A stretch of 64,000 nucleotides of DNA from Piromyces finnis finn (GCA_002104945.1 MCFH01000100.1:9091-73090); one strand, 5' to 3'. Positions 14,321 to 28,031 are shown, counted from the first letter of the stretch. Program-made: numbers and translations. Notes: generated from the sequence alone by a model not told the origin.

Positions 14321-15432
14321 TTAAAATTAAATCTTAATTAATTATAAAAATAATATAATTATTATTATTTTAATTTTGACATGAAATTTGAATTTCTACA
14401 TAATCTTAACTTTATTATAACCAATATTTTTAAAAAAAAAAAAAAATAAAATTTTTGGTAAAGAGTAAAACTATATTTTAATATATTAAAATACATATCT
14501 TTGAAGTTATTTTATTAAGTTTAAAACTTTAATATTATTTATTTTTTATTATTTTTTACAGTGTATAGTGTATACTATACAGCGTACTGACATAGGATTT
14601 ATTATAATTAACCATTTTAATATATGATTTTAATATTTGATTTCTAATAAAGGTTATATAATAATATAATAATCTATTTAATTATTTATTTACAATAATC
14701 GAACTATTATAATAGTTAATTCTTTAGTTCATTAAGAGTTAAATGACCGTATTGTTTATAAAATTTATTAAAAAAATTTTATTATAATTTCTTTTTCCAT
14801 TATTAATGATACTTTTAAAAACAATAAAAATAATTAAATATTACAATTAAAAATATGTTATTTTTTTATTTCAAAATATATATTGTCTGGCCTAAATTAT
14901 ATATATATTTTTTTCGAAATATTATATGATATTATTATGTAGAATGTTTCAAGTTCTTACTATTTTTCTATTAAAAAATAAACACAAAAAAGGAAATTTC
15001 ATCATATGAATATATATGTATTCTGGATATGGTTTAAAAATTTTTTTGACATTTTTTCCAAATGCATAATAATTAATTAATAAATGTAATAATATAGTAT
15101 AATATTAATTAAAAATATAACATTACACTTTATGCTTCTTAAATGATTAAAATGTTTAATATAAAATAATATAATATATAATATGTTAACAGTATAATAA
15201 AATTATTAAAGAATAAAATAAAAAATAAGCAATAAATATATTAATTAAAAAAAGTCGAATTTGAAAAAAGAATATAAAAAGATTGAATTTTGATTTATTT
15301 TAAAAACATTTATTCTTAATTTGAATTATTTATATAATTAAAAACACTCATTATATTAAAATATATTAAATAAATCAAAATACTTTAAAAAGTAATCTAT
15401 TATACTTATATTCAATATAAAAGAAAAAAAAA

Positions 15433-16722
15433 ATGAATTCAAAAGAAAGTCTTGCGAATCCCTCGAATAATTTTTTAGAATTATATAATGGCACTCCAAT
15501 TTTTAAAAGAAATTCTACATTAGCAAATAAACTTCTTAGTGATCTTATAACAAATGATTATACCGAGGTATCAAGTTTTCCTTTAATACTTCCGGAAACC
15601 AGAGAGAGAAAAAATGACTTAATTCAAAATATGAGCCAAAATTCAAAGCAGAATACTAATTCAGTAAATATTATATATTTTATTTATTATTTTATTTATT
15701 TATTTATTTATTTATAAAATATATTTTACATCATTAGTAATTATAAAAATATTAACATTCTTTAAATTTAATAATTATATATTTATATACCATTATAGTT
15801 ATTTTCAAATTTATCGTCACAAGACTCTTTTTCAATTGAAAACACAAGTCCAATATTAAATAATGCATCTTCATCACTAGTACCAATAATTGACCCCTCT
15901 TTTATTAGCTCACCATATTTATCATTTGAATTATTTTCATTTAATAATAATTTCTCTTCTTTCTATAATTCCAACTCAATTATTACTGAGTTTTGTTCAA
16001 ATTTACCTACAAATCCAAATCCAAATCCAAATCCAAATTCAAATCAAAATTCAAATCAAAATTCAAATCAAAATCAAAATCAAAATCAAAATCAAAATCA
16101 AAATCAAAATCAAAATCAAAATCAAAATCAAAATCAAAATCAAAATCAAAATCAAAATCAAAATATAAATCAAAATATAAATCAAAATATAAATCAAAAT
16201 CTATATAATCACAAAAGATCAATTAAAAATTCATATTCAAATACAATTTTAAAAGAAAATAAACAAAAAAAGAAATGTGGGAACTCAAAGGGTCGTAAGC
16301 GCCCTAATTTTTCCAATAGCGTCACCAGTATATTGAAAGAATGGCTTGAGAGCCATTCTTTCCCTTATCCTACTACTGTTGAAAAAAAGTGTCTTTGTGA
16401 AGCTACAGGTCTTACAATGGTAAGTTATTTATCATTATCAATATTATAATTATTTTATAAAATTAATATATATATATTAACAATATTTTCTTTTTTTATT
16501 TTTTATTCATGCTACATAATACAACCTATAAATGAATTTATATAATATAATTAAACATTAAAAATCTGTTTTATCTTTAGGATCAGGTATAAATTTTAAA
16601 TGATTTTAAATTACAAATTATAATAATGATATTTATTACAATTCTAATTTCTAATTATAAATTTTATTTTAATATTATAGCTTAATATCTGGTTTATAAA
16701 TGCTAGACGCCGTTATATATAA
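15433..16722 (+). CDS. TALE-like homeodomain transcription factor a (299 aa; exons 15433-15663, 15799-16419, 16581-16586, 16681-16722)
   Basis: GT-AG phase-0 introns join an open frame ending RKRPNFSNSVTSILKEWLESHSFPYPTTVEKKCLCEATGLTM|DQ|LNIWFINARRRYI*. PYP and WFINARRR are TALE hallmarks. Confidence 0.9.
16021..16200 (+). repeat. Coding hexamer repeat (CAAAAT)n giving a poly-(QN) tract in homeodomain gene a
   Basis: In frame with exon 2. It explains the spurious QI/KS/DF repeat ORFs in other frames. Confidence 0.9.
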
Positions 16723-17539
16723 TTTGATGTAATTTTATTTAAATATAGAAATAGAATATTAAAGATAATAGTTAGTATTATTATTCATTATTATATTATT
16801 ATTAAATTTTTTAATTACTTATTTATATATATTAGAACATTAACCTCTATCCTTAAAAAATTAAATAATAAACAATAAAATAGTAAAAATAATAAATATT
16901 TATATATATATATATTCTTTACAATGTAATTTTAATCAAAAATAAATATTATATAATAAAGTTATTATAGTTTACAAAATAATTATAAATACTTTTGCTA
17001 TTCATATTTGAGTGTCTTGTTTCTAATTCATTTATTTATTTATTCTTTCAATTTACAACGACTTTAAATTATTAATTTTAAAATTATTTCTAATTAAAAA
17101 ATAAAAATAATAATTTTATAATTATAAAATTTGTGGTTTTGTAATATTGAAAAAATATTAATATATATTTTTTAGTGTATTTTATACTACAGTAGGGTTA
17201 TTATATATATTATATATATCAATTATCCATTTAATATTATAGGAACATTATAATGAAAACGAAAAAAATAATAAAAATAATAAATTACATTATTAATATT
17301 TATAATGAATTATATATATAATACATATATTACTATAATAAATGTATTTTGTTAAACACATTAATTTTATATTGAAAAGAATTTATTTTCAAATAAATAA
17401 ATAAAATTAAATATATATAAAAAATAACAATAAGTAGAAATATATTGTAAATAATATCAATTTTATTTTATTAATATGAAAAATTATAAAAACTTTTATT
17501 ATTATTATTTATATAAATATTGCAAAATTAACTAGCTAT

Positions 17540-19678
17540 AAATTTATAAAGAACATTTAAAAATAAATAAATAGGTTTCTATTTTCTCGAAATACAAAAT
17601 ATAAATATATTTTTTTATCTTTCCTTCTTATACTTTTCCTTCTAATTAATTTTAAATTTTAATTTAAAATGTGGATTATTTTTATTTTATTTTTATTTTT
17701 ATATTTATTAAACTTTTTAAAAAATAACAAAGAAAACTTTTTAATTAAAAAATTGACCAATAAACATTCAAAATCAATAATTAAAAGATCTTTAAAAAAA
17801 GTTTACTTTTTACTAAAGCACTACTAAATGAATTGTTATCTTTTAATTATATAATGTTATTATTATTAAAGCTTTATAATATTTTAATATTGATAAATTG
17901 TATTTCTCTATGAATATTTAATATATTTTATTAACTAATTAATTAAATTAACTAATACGAATACTTTTAATATTACTATTAATATATTAATATATTATAT
18001 TGCTATTAAAAGTTTACTTTAAACTTAAAAGAAATGTTGAGTATTTTTATTATGCCATTTAAATAAAAATAAGATAGGATTATTAAATATTTTATAGGAT
18101 ATACCACCAATACCATTTAAATTATAATATCTTAACTATATTAAATATTAATGTCAGAGTATATTAAAATAATATATAAATACTAATAAGATTTTTTAAA
18201 ATAAAAAATAATATATGAAATCTGGTTTAACTATAATAATACATTGTTTCAATTATTAAATCATGTTATTCATAGTTTAAATATTTATATGATTTGAAAT
18301 ACATCCTTTTCTTTTATTTAATTATAATAATAATTAGTAACCTTAATAAATAATTTAACTTTTAAAAGATAACACTATCTTATGATTTTTAATTTTTATA
18401 CCCATATAAAATTTATCTTCTCCTGTCTTAATTCATTTTTAAAACACACTTTTTGAATATTCGTTTAATCTAATTAATTATTAAATTTTAAAAAAAGGAA
18501 AATAAGAATTAAATATTAATATTTTTAATAATTATAAAATATTAATAAAAATAAATAAAAGTAAATTAAAGTTATATTATTAGTTCTATTATATACATAT
18601 TCTTTTTAAATTAAATAGGAACTTTTAATAATATGTTTTAACTCCTTTCTTTTAAGATTTAATAACAATTATTGTTGTTAATAATTAAGAATAATAACTT
18701 TAATAAAATATAATTTTATATAGGATAGCAATTATAATAATGGTTTATAAAAGTATATATAAGAAGCATTTGTTTTCTTGATTAATCATTATTTTAAAAT
18801 TGAATTTCATTATTCAATCTTTATCTCAATATAGCAATCAAGGATTCAAAAAGTAGAGTTTAATAACATTTGTTAAAATATTAATAAAAATATTTCTGTA
18901 ATATATTTAAAAATAAATTATTTAAAAAAAAAGAAATATAATTTTTCTGTCTACATTTTTCGAATCAAAATGCCAAGCTCAATGTTAAATTCAGCTTTAT
19001 TAAAATCTACTGGTGCTGGTTCTGGAGCTATTACATATTCAAAACCAAGAAATAATATAACTAAAAATAAAGTTAAAAGTAACATTAATCCATATGTTAC
19101 TTGTAGCTGTGTTGTTCAATAATGAACAAAAAATCTAATTATTAAGAAAATAATTCTACCACTTATTCATAATTTTAATTTTACAAATATATAAACAAAT
19201 AAATAAAACATTTTTTCACATTTTATTAATTACTATAATTTCATAATTTTAAATATATTTTGAAATACTCTCACATGTATATAAATTCTTTTTTTATAAA
19301 TTTAAATAGTAATAAAAATTATATTTTAATAATAAAAATTTCATTTTAATAATAAAATAAAATTAAAAAGTTTTATTCAATAATTATAATAAATTTTGTG
19401 TTTTTCTTATTATAAACGTATAAATATTTAAATTCTACTTATTAAAAAGTTATCTATTAGACAAACAAGCAAAATATTTAAAAGTATTTCTATTTCTTTT
19501 TATGTGTAAAGTTTAATAAAATTATTGAATTATTAAATGATAAAAAGTAAAGTTTGGCTTACAAAATTTTTTTAAACTTTATTTATTTAATGTAAATGTA
19601 TACATTAATTGTATCAAAATGTATTGTAATAAATATATTAAAAGATAATAAAGTAGAAAAGAAATCTATAAAATATTA
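17540..19678 (+). repeat. Segmental repeat (blocks A+B) carrying peptide copy 2
   Basis: Near-identical to 33170-35507 (with an internal deletion near 18390) and more diverged from 1-2480. Confidence 0.85.
18970..19122 (+). CDS. Short CaaX-terminated peptide, copy 2 (50 aa; putative pheromone precursor)
   Basis: MPSSMLNSALLKSTGAGSGAITYSKPRNNITKNKVKSNINPYVTCSCVVQ* (ATG 18970, TAA 19122). Confidence 0.8.
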   Translation: MPSSMLNSALLKSTGAGSGAITYSKPRNNITKNKVKSNINPYVTCSCVVQ

Positions 19679-19807
19679 TTATACAAACACTATATAAAAA
19701 ATCAATTTTTAACTTTTTTTTATTCATTTTTATAATCTTAAATCCAATATTATATAATTTTAAATTTAATTATAATTTAAAATTATAAATTTGATAATAT
19801 TGAATGC

Positions 19808-21003
19808 TTAGATTTTTTTCTTTAAAAAATTAAGCATTTCGATAATTTCATCTCGATGTTTTATTCTATCTTCAGGTTTAATCATTTTTAAATATTTAAG
19901 GCATTTCTTCATTTTATTTTCTTTTATCATCTTTTTCACCTTACTTATAATGAATCTATAATCATGCTTATTTTTGCCTTTGGTTTGAATAAACTTGTAA
20001 CCTTTATATCTGTTAAGTTATATTGATACCATTAAAATATTAAAAATATATTAGAATAAATATTATTAATTTAATAATTTTAATTTTATTAATAATCATA
20101 TTTAATTAATTATATTATTATAATTAAATATTAAAATACATAAATACATAATTGTATAAATATATGCATACACATAATGATGAATTATTATATGAATGTT
20201 CTGACGGTGAATAAAAGCGTTCTTTACCTCATCATTTTGACATTTCCATAATTCTCCAAAATATCCATTTAAAATTTTATAATTATAATGAATTGCATTG
20301 TTTTGTTTAAAATAGTAGGTCAAGTATTTTTTAAAAATCATAAAACAATTTAATGGACGAGGTATTTTATTACCATATTTTCTTTTTTCATTGAAAATAA
20401 ATGATGTGTAAATGGTTGATATTTTTTGTAAAATATCTTTATCTTTCAATAAAAACTCAACATCACAATCATTCAATTCTTCCATAAAATACAAAAGATA
20501 TTCTTGATCCATTGCTTTTGCTAATCTTAATATTTCAATTCTATTTGAAGCTTGTTGAATTAATTTTCTTACTTCATTTGAAAAGTCATCATTTTCATTA
20601 GATGGAATATAATAATAATTATAATAATCAATTTTATTATTAAAAGCGTTTTTATAAACATCAATACTGATATTATTGATATTATTATTGATATTATTAT
20701 TGATATTATTGTTGATATTATTATTGATATTATTGTTGATATTAATAATATTATTAACATTTTGATCATAATTCATAAAATCATTATTGATTACTTGATA
20801 ATTAATATTTTGATTATAATTCAATTGATCGCAATTGACTAGATTGCTGATTTGGCCATTATTAATTTGACTAATATAGATTTGATTGCTATTAATATTA
20901 TTTTTCTGATTAATAATAGCTAGATAATTATTATAATTATTATAATTATAATTATTATTATTTTTTAATGTAAATTCATTATTGACTAAATTTTCATAAT
21001 CAA

Positions 21004-21048
<45 letters not shown>

Positions 21049-21382
21049 GATTGATATTATTAATATCAATAATAGGAATACAATTCACTTGGTTATTATT
21101 ATTATTTTGATAATTATTCTTGTCATATATTGTTTTCATAGTGTTATTACCAAAATTACCAAAGAGGTAGTTAGTATTAAAAGGAGGAGAGACGATGTTT
21201 AGATGGGAAGTAACCTGAATATTCTTAATACTGTTTTGAGTAAAGTTCGTCAAGGTAGGATCTAACACATCAGAGAAATTACCACTTTGAAGATTTAAAA
21301 TGGAATTATTAGAATTCTTTGCATTTAACATATCAAATTGTTGATAATTAATGTTATTAATATTATTAATATCGTAAAACAT
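19808..21382 (-). CDS. MATA/SOX-type HMG-box transcription factor a (470 aa; exons 21382-20172, 20009-19808)
   Basis: Asn-rich N-terminus, then KIPRPLNCFMIFKK...YFGELWKCQNDEVKNAF...HHY. A phase-2 GTATGC..CAG intron joins V-YKGYKFIQTK..., completing the HMG box, and the frame is open to TAA. Confidence 0.9.
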
Positions 21383-23481
21383 TTTTAATAATTTATAAAA
21401 AAAAAGTAAAAAAAAACTGTTATTTAATTGTTAATTTATTTTCTTTTTTTATTTTAAAAAAAAGTAAAGATAAAATAGAAAAACAAAAACAAAAAAAAAA
21501 AAAAAAAAAAAAACGAATTTTTATACTTTAATTTTTAACTTTTTTTGTGTCATCTATTTCTTTTAGAATAGTCCAATAATACAAAAATAAAGGTATACAA
21601 ATTTCGAAATAAATAAGATTTTAAACTATTTTTAACCTATTTAAACTTTTATTAATCAATTGTAGTTTATTTTGAAAATTAATTAATAGAAAATTTTTAA
21701 GCATTAAACTTTATTTCGGTTTAACTATATTACACAGTCGATTTTAACATTTTTAAAGCATTAGAGTTTAAATTTTAAAAACCTTTCTATTTTCAATTTT
21801 ACAATATTTAATTTTAGTTTTAAAGTAAAAAATCAATCAAATAATTAAAGTCCTTATTATGAGACATAGTATTTAAAATATAAAAAATAAAATTTAATAA
21901 GCTATTTTTATTTTTTTTACTCATGGGATACCTAACTAATTCTTGCATCAAAATATTAAAACATCAATTTAAATATTGAATTGATAAAAAAAATATATAG
22001 ATTTATAAACATTTTTTTATTTTGAATATATACTTTTAAATGGATGTTAATTTTATTCATTACCATTATTATTTTTTATGCATAATGCCTTTCTTATGAT
22101 AAATTACATGCATTATCAATGCATTATTAATACATTATATTAAATACATTTTACCATATAACATTAATAGTCAAAAAATATTTTATAAATTTTTTAAAAT
22201 AAGTTAAAATGTATTATCCTTTAGAATTATGTAGAGTAATAATATAACATTAATAAAAATAAACTTTTAACTATATTTATTGTACAATATACAATACATT
22301 TATTGTATTTAATGTATATTATTAGAAGTTGTTAATTTAGGATTTATAATTATTTCAACCTTTATTAGAGTAATGTATGATAAATAAATACATTCTATTC
22401 TAATCAAACTACATTCATTAATATATTTATATTGTGACTTAAATATATATTCCAATACAATAGGATTCAATACATTTTAATGCATTTTAATAAATATTAT
22501 AATCAATAAGACTATAATTAATATCAAATATTTATAATAATATTTTCATTATGGAAAATAATAGTACAAATTTCAAAATATTTTATATTTTTTGTTAACT
22601 ATAAGAATAAATAAATAAATAACTTCTATAATATAAAATTCCACAACACACTAACATAAGCATTCCTATAAAATATATAAGATATATAAAATTTTAATCC
22701 AATATTATTTTATTTAGTAAAGAGAAATAGTAGTTTTAAAAAAATAAAAGTTTCTATGTTTATTTTGTTTATTTAATAGATTATTAAAACATTTTTAAAA
22801 TTACTTTCCTTTCATTTTTAAAATTAATTCAATTATATATAATGTAAAGTAATTATAGTTAAATGATTCATTTATTCATTTATACATACATTTCATAATA
22901 TATTAAATTTTATATTAAATTTTTTGTTTAAAGGTTGAAAAGCCATTAATTTATTAATTATGAAAAACATCTATTATGAATTTTACTAGAATGTTTTTAT
23001 ACAGTTACCTTTACACCTTTACAATTTATTATGATTACTTTTCATAAATTAAAAGGTTCATTATAGTTATATAATTATTACTTTTATGGTATATTCATTT
23101 TAACCATAAAAATATACCACATTCAAAATAAAGAAATTATTATTATATAGTTATATTTCTTGTAATAACATAAAAATACAAAATAAAAAAAAAATTATTA
23201 TATATAAAAATATATTACTTCTATTAATGACTTAATAATATGAATATATATTTGAAATATTATTTTTTTTAAATTATATTTCAAATATTGTTTAAATAAT
23301 ATTATTTTTTTTAAATAAGAGTTCCTATTATTTATTAATATTTTTTTATTATATTTTTATATTATAGTAATGTTTCAAATTTTATTTTATATTTAAACGT
23401 ATTATTGAAATATTAAATAATAAAAAAATATTAATAAATAATTAATTTTTTTGACATTTTATTATATCACATTAATTAATT

Positions 23482-23501
23482 CGAGAACCAGACCGCCAGT
23501 A
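23482..23501 (+). promoter_or_regulatory. Conserved GC-rich motif upstream of homeodomain gene b
   Basis: CGAGAACCAGACCGCCAGTA, identical to 14301-14320. Confidence 0.5.
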
Positions 23502-24627
23502 TTAAAAGATTAAATCTTAATTAATTATAAAAATAACATTATTATTATTACTTTAATTTTGACATGAAATTTGAATTTCTACATAATCTTAACTTTATTA
23601 TAACCAATACTTTTTTAAAAAACAAAATTTTTGGTAAAGAGTAAAACTATATTTTAATATATTAAAATATATATGTTATTTAATTTACTTTAAAAACTTT
23701 AATTTTATTTATTTTTTATTATTTTTACAGTATATAGTGTATACTATACAGTGTATTAAAATAGGATGTATTATAATTAACCCTTTTAATATGATTTTTA
23801 TATTTGATTTTTAATAAAGGTTATATAATAATATAATAATCTATTTAGTAATTTATTTACTATACTCGAGCTATTATATAATTATAAGAGAAATGTATTA
23901 AAATTCATTTATATCATAACAGATAATTCTTTAGTTTATTAGAAGTTAAATGACCGTATTTTTTATGAAATTTATTAAAAAAATTTTATTATAATTTCTT
24001 TTCCCATTATTAATACTTTTAAAAATAATAAAAAAACAATTAAATATTACAATTAAAAATATGTTATTTTTTTATTTCAAAATATATATTATATGGATTT
24101 AATTATATTTCTTTTTTCTTCGAAAAATGATATGATATTGTATGGAATGTTTCAGGTTCTTACTATTTTCCTATTATGAAATAAATACAAAAAAGGAAAT
24201 TTCATCATATTTTGGATATGATTTAAAAAAAAAATTTTGACGTTTTTTCTAACTGCATAATAATAATTAATAATATATATATAAACTATTAATATTTTAT
24301 CTAATATAGTATAATATTAATAAAAGACATAATATTACACTTTATGGCACTAAAACAATTAAAAATTATAATATAAAATAATAAAATATATATAACAGTA
24401 TAATAAAATAATTACAAATATAATAAAAAATAAGTAATAATTAAAAAAAGTCAGATTTGAAAAAAAAATATAAAAGGATTGAATTTTGATTTATTTTAAA
24501 ACATTTATTCTTAATTTGTATTATTTATATAATTAAAAACATTCTTTATATTAAGATATATTAAATATATCAAAATACTTTAAAAAGAAACTCATTATAC
24601 TTATATTCAACATAAAAGAAAGTAACA

Positions 24628-25748
24628 ATGAATTCAAAAAAAAGTCTTTCGAATACCTCGAATAATTTTTTAGAATCACCTAATCCAATTTTTAAAAGAA
24701 ATTCTACATTATCAAATAAACTTCTTAGTGATATTATAACAAATGATAATACCGCTGTATCAAGTTTTCCTTTAAAGCTTCCGGAAATCAGTAAGAGAAA
24801 AAATGACTTAATTCAAAATATAAGCCGAAATTCAAGGCAGAATAATAATTCAGTAAATATTATATTTTTATTTATTGTTTTATTTTTTATTTTATTTATT
24901 TATATAACATATTTTATATTATATTTAATTAAAAAAAGTATTAACATTTTTTAAATTTAATAATTATATATTTATATACTATTATAGTTATTTTCAAATT
25001 TATCTTCACAAGACTCTTTTTCAATTGAAAACACAAGTCCAATATTAAATAATGCATCTTCAATGCCAGTACCAATAATTGACCCCTCTTTTATTAGCTC
25101 ATCATGTTTATCATTTGAATTATTTTCATTTAATGATATTTTTACTTCTTTCTATTATTCCAACTCAATTATAGCCGAGTCTTGTTCTAATTTACCTACA
25201 AATCAAAATCAAAATATAAATCAAAATTTATGTAATTACAAAAGATCAGCTAAAAATACATATTCAAATACAATTTTAAAAGAAAAAAAACAAAAAAATA
25301 AATGTGGGAACTCAAAGAATCGTAAGCGCACTAAGTTTTCCAATAGAGTGACCAATATATTAAAAGAATGGTTCTCAAACCATTCTTTCCCTTATCCCAC
25401 TATTATTGAGAAGAAGCGTCTTTGTGAAGCTACAGGACTTACAATGGTAAGTTATTTATTATTATCAATATTATAATTATTTTATAAAATAAATATATAT
25501 ATTAACAATATTTTCTTTTTATATTTTTTATTCATGCTACATAATACAACCTATAAATGAATTTATATATATATAATTAAATATTAAAAATCTGTTTTAT
25601 CTTTAGGATCAGGTATAAATTTTAAATGATTTTAAATTACAAATTATAATAATGATATTTATTACAATTCTAATTTCTAATTATAAATTTTATTTTAATA
25701 TTATAGCTTAATATCTGGTTTATAAATGCTAGACACCGTTATACATAA
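24628..25748 (+). CDS. TALE-like homeodomain transcription factor b (243 aa; exons 24628-24852, 24988-25446, 25607-25612, 25707-25748)
   Basis: Same exon structure as gene a. Ends RKRTKFSNRVTNILKEWFSNHSFPYPTIIEKKRLCEATGLTM|DQ|LNIWFINARHRYT*. Confidence 0.9.
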
Positions 25749-26660
25749 TTCTATGTACTTTTATTTAAATATAGAAATAGAATATTAAAGATAATAGTTA
25801 TTATTACTATGCGTTATTATATTATTATTAAACTTTTCAATTACTTATTTATATATATTAGAATGGTAATATCATATACTTAAAAAATTAAATAATAAAC
25901 AATATAATAGTAAAAATAATAAATATTTATATATATATATATTCTTTACAATGTAATTTTAATCAAAAATAAATATTATATAATAAAGTTATTATAGTTT
26001 ACAAAATAATTATAAATACTTTTGCTATTCATATTTGAGTGTCTTGTTTCTAAAATATATTTATTTAATAATTCATTCATCCATTTATTTATTTATTTAT
26101 TCTTTTAATTTACAACGGCATTAAACTATTGCTTTTAAAATTATTTCTAATTGAAAAATAAAATTTTATAATTATATAATATGTGGTTTTTTAATATAGA
26201 AAAGAAATTATTATATTTTTTTAGTGTATTAACTATTTTATACAACAGTGTGTATTATATATTACAATGATCCATTTAATGTTAAAGGAACATTATAGTG
26301 AAAACAAATAATAATAATAATAATAAAAATAATAAATTACATTATTAATATATCAATAATACACATATACCTATATTAAGTGTACTTTGTTAAACATATT
26401 ATTTTTGTATTGAAAAGACTACTCTTTCAAAAATAATATTAATAAATGAATATTCCAGGAAAAGAAAAAGTTTTAATATTGGATTATAATCAATTATAAT
26501 TCAATTTTAACAACAATATAAGAATTTTATGATAGTAAAAGAAAAGAATTTATTTTCAAATAAATAAATAAAATTAAATATATATAAAAAATAACAATAA
26601 GTAGAAATATATTGTAAATATTATCGATTTTGTTTTATTAATATGAAAAATTATAAAAAC

Positions 26661-26818
<158 letters not shown>

Positions 26819-28011
26819 TTTGTCTTTTATATGATAAATTAATATTTATTTCTAATATTAAAATTATTATTTTTTATTGATAATATATAATGTAAGTAGA
26901 TATTCCATTTTAGTTTTATACTGTATATTATTTGTATTACCCACCAATCCCTCTTGGGAAATAGGTAAATACTTTAAATATTGTCATTTTTATTTTGTTT
27001 TACATAATCAATATATATCAAGCATTGTCTTTTTTATTTTGCTATAAAATAAATAGCTAAAAAGGAAATATTTATGTTTAATATAGAATATCACTTGATA
27101 TAGTTTGATTTACTATAGAGTAATTATATAAAAAAAAAAAAGCAATATTATAGAAATACTTTAATATCTATCAATTTACGTATTTGTATTAATTTAATGT
27201 ATTTGTATTAAATATTTATTAGTTTATAATCAAGCCACAAATTGTATATAAGGAAGAAAATTTTTCATGGCTATAATGTATCATATGAATTTAAATAATA
27301 TTATTTGATTATACTTCATTACTAGATGCTTAGATGTACCTTCCATTATTGATTTAAATTTATTTTACACCAAATATCAAAATTTTACTTGATAATTTGA
27401 AGATGTATATAGAATAGAAAAAAGACATTTTATATTATTTTATATAGTGTATAATATAGAAATATCATAATGTAATTGTTTAATATATCATAATATAATA
27501 TAATATAAAATAATATTAAATAGAATAGAATAAAATACAAATGCTATTTTATATATATTCTATATAATTAATGAATTGCCATTATTTGATATAATATAAT
27601 AATTAAAAAAATATTATAATATATTATTTATTTTATTAAATAGATTTTTTTTTGTTTATTTACTTCATTAATAATTTTGATACATCAATTAAAAATTTGA
27701 AAAGCCATATATTTATAAACTCTGGAAAACAATTAAAATAATAAATTATACATAATTGTTTTTATACAGTCGCAATTTATAATGACCATAATTCATAAAT
27801 AAAATATTAAAATTCCGTTGTAGTTATAATAAATAATTTTTATTCAATTTATTATAATCCTATTTATATTTTATTAAATTATAATAATATTTCAAAATTT
27901 TACTTTTATTTTAAAATATGTTATTGAAATAGTAATTAAATTGTTTAATAAAATAAAGATATTTATATATAATTAACCTTGTAATCTTGTATCCCATCAC
28001 ATTAATTAGGT

Positions 28012-28031
28012 CGAGAACCAGACTGCCGGTA
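28012..28031 (+). promoter_or_regulatory. Conserved GC-rich motif upstream of homeodomain gene c
   Basis: CGAGAACCAGACTGCCGGTA, 18/20 identical to the other two copies. Confidence 0.5.

Noticed and set aside
15890-16222. ORFs with QI, KS and DF dipeptide runs
   Set aside because: Alternative frames and strand of the (CAAAAT)n tract; the real frame is homeodomain exon 2.
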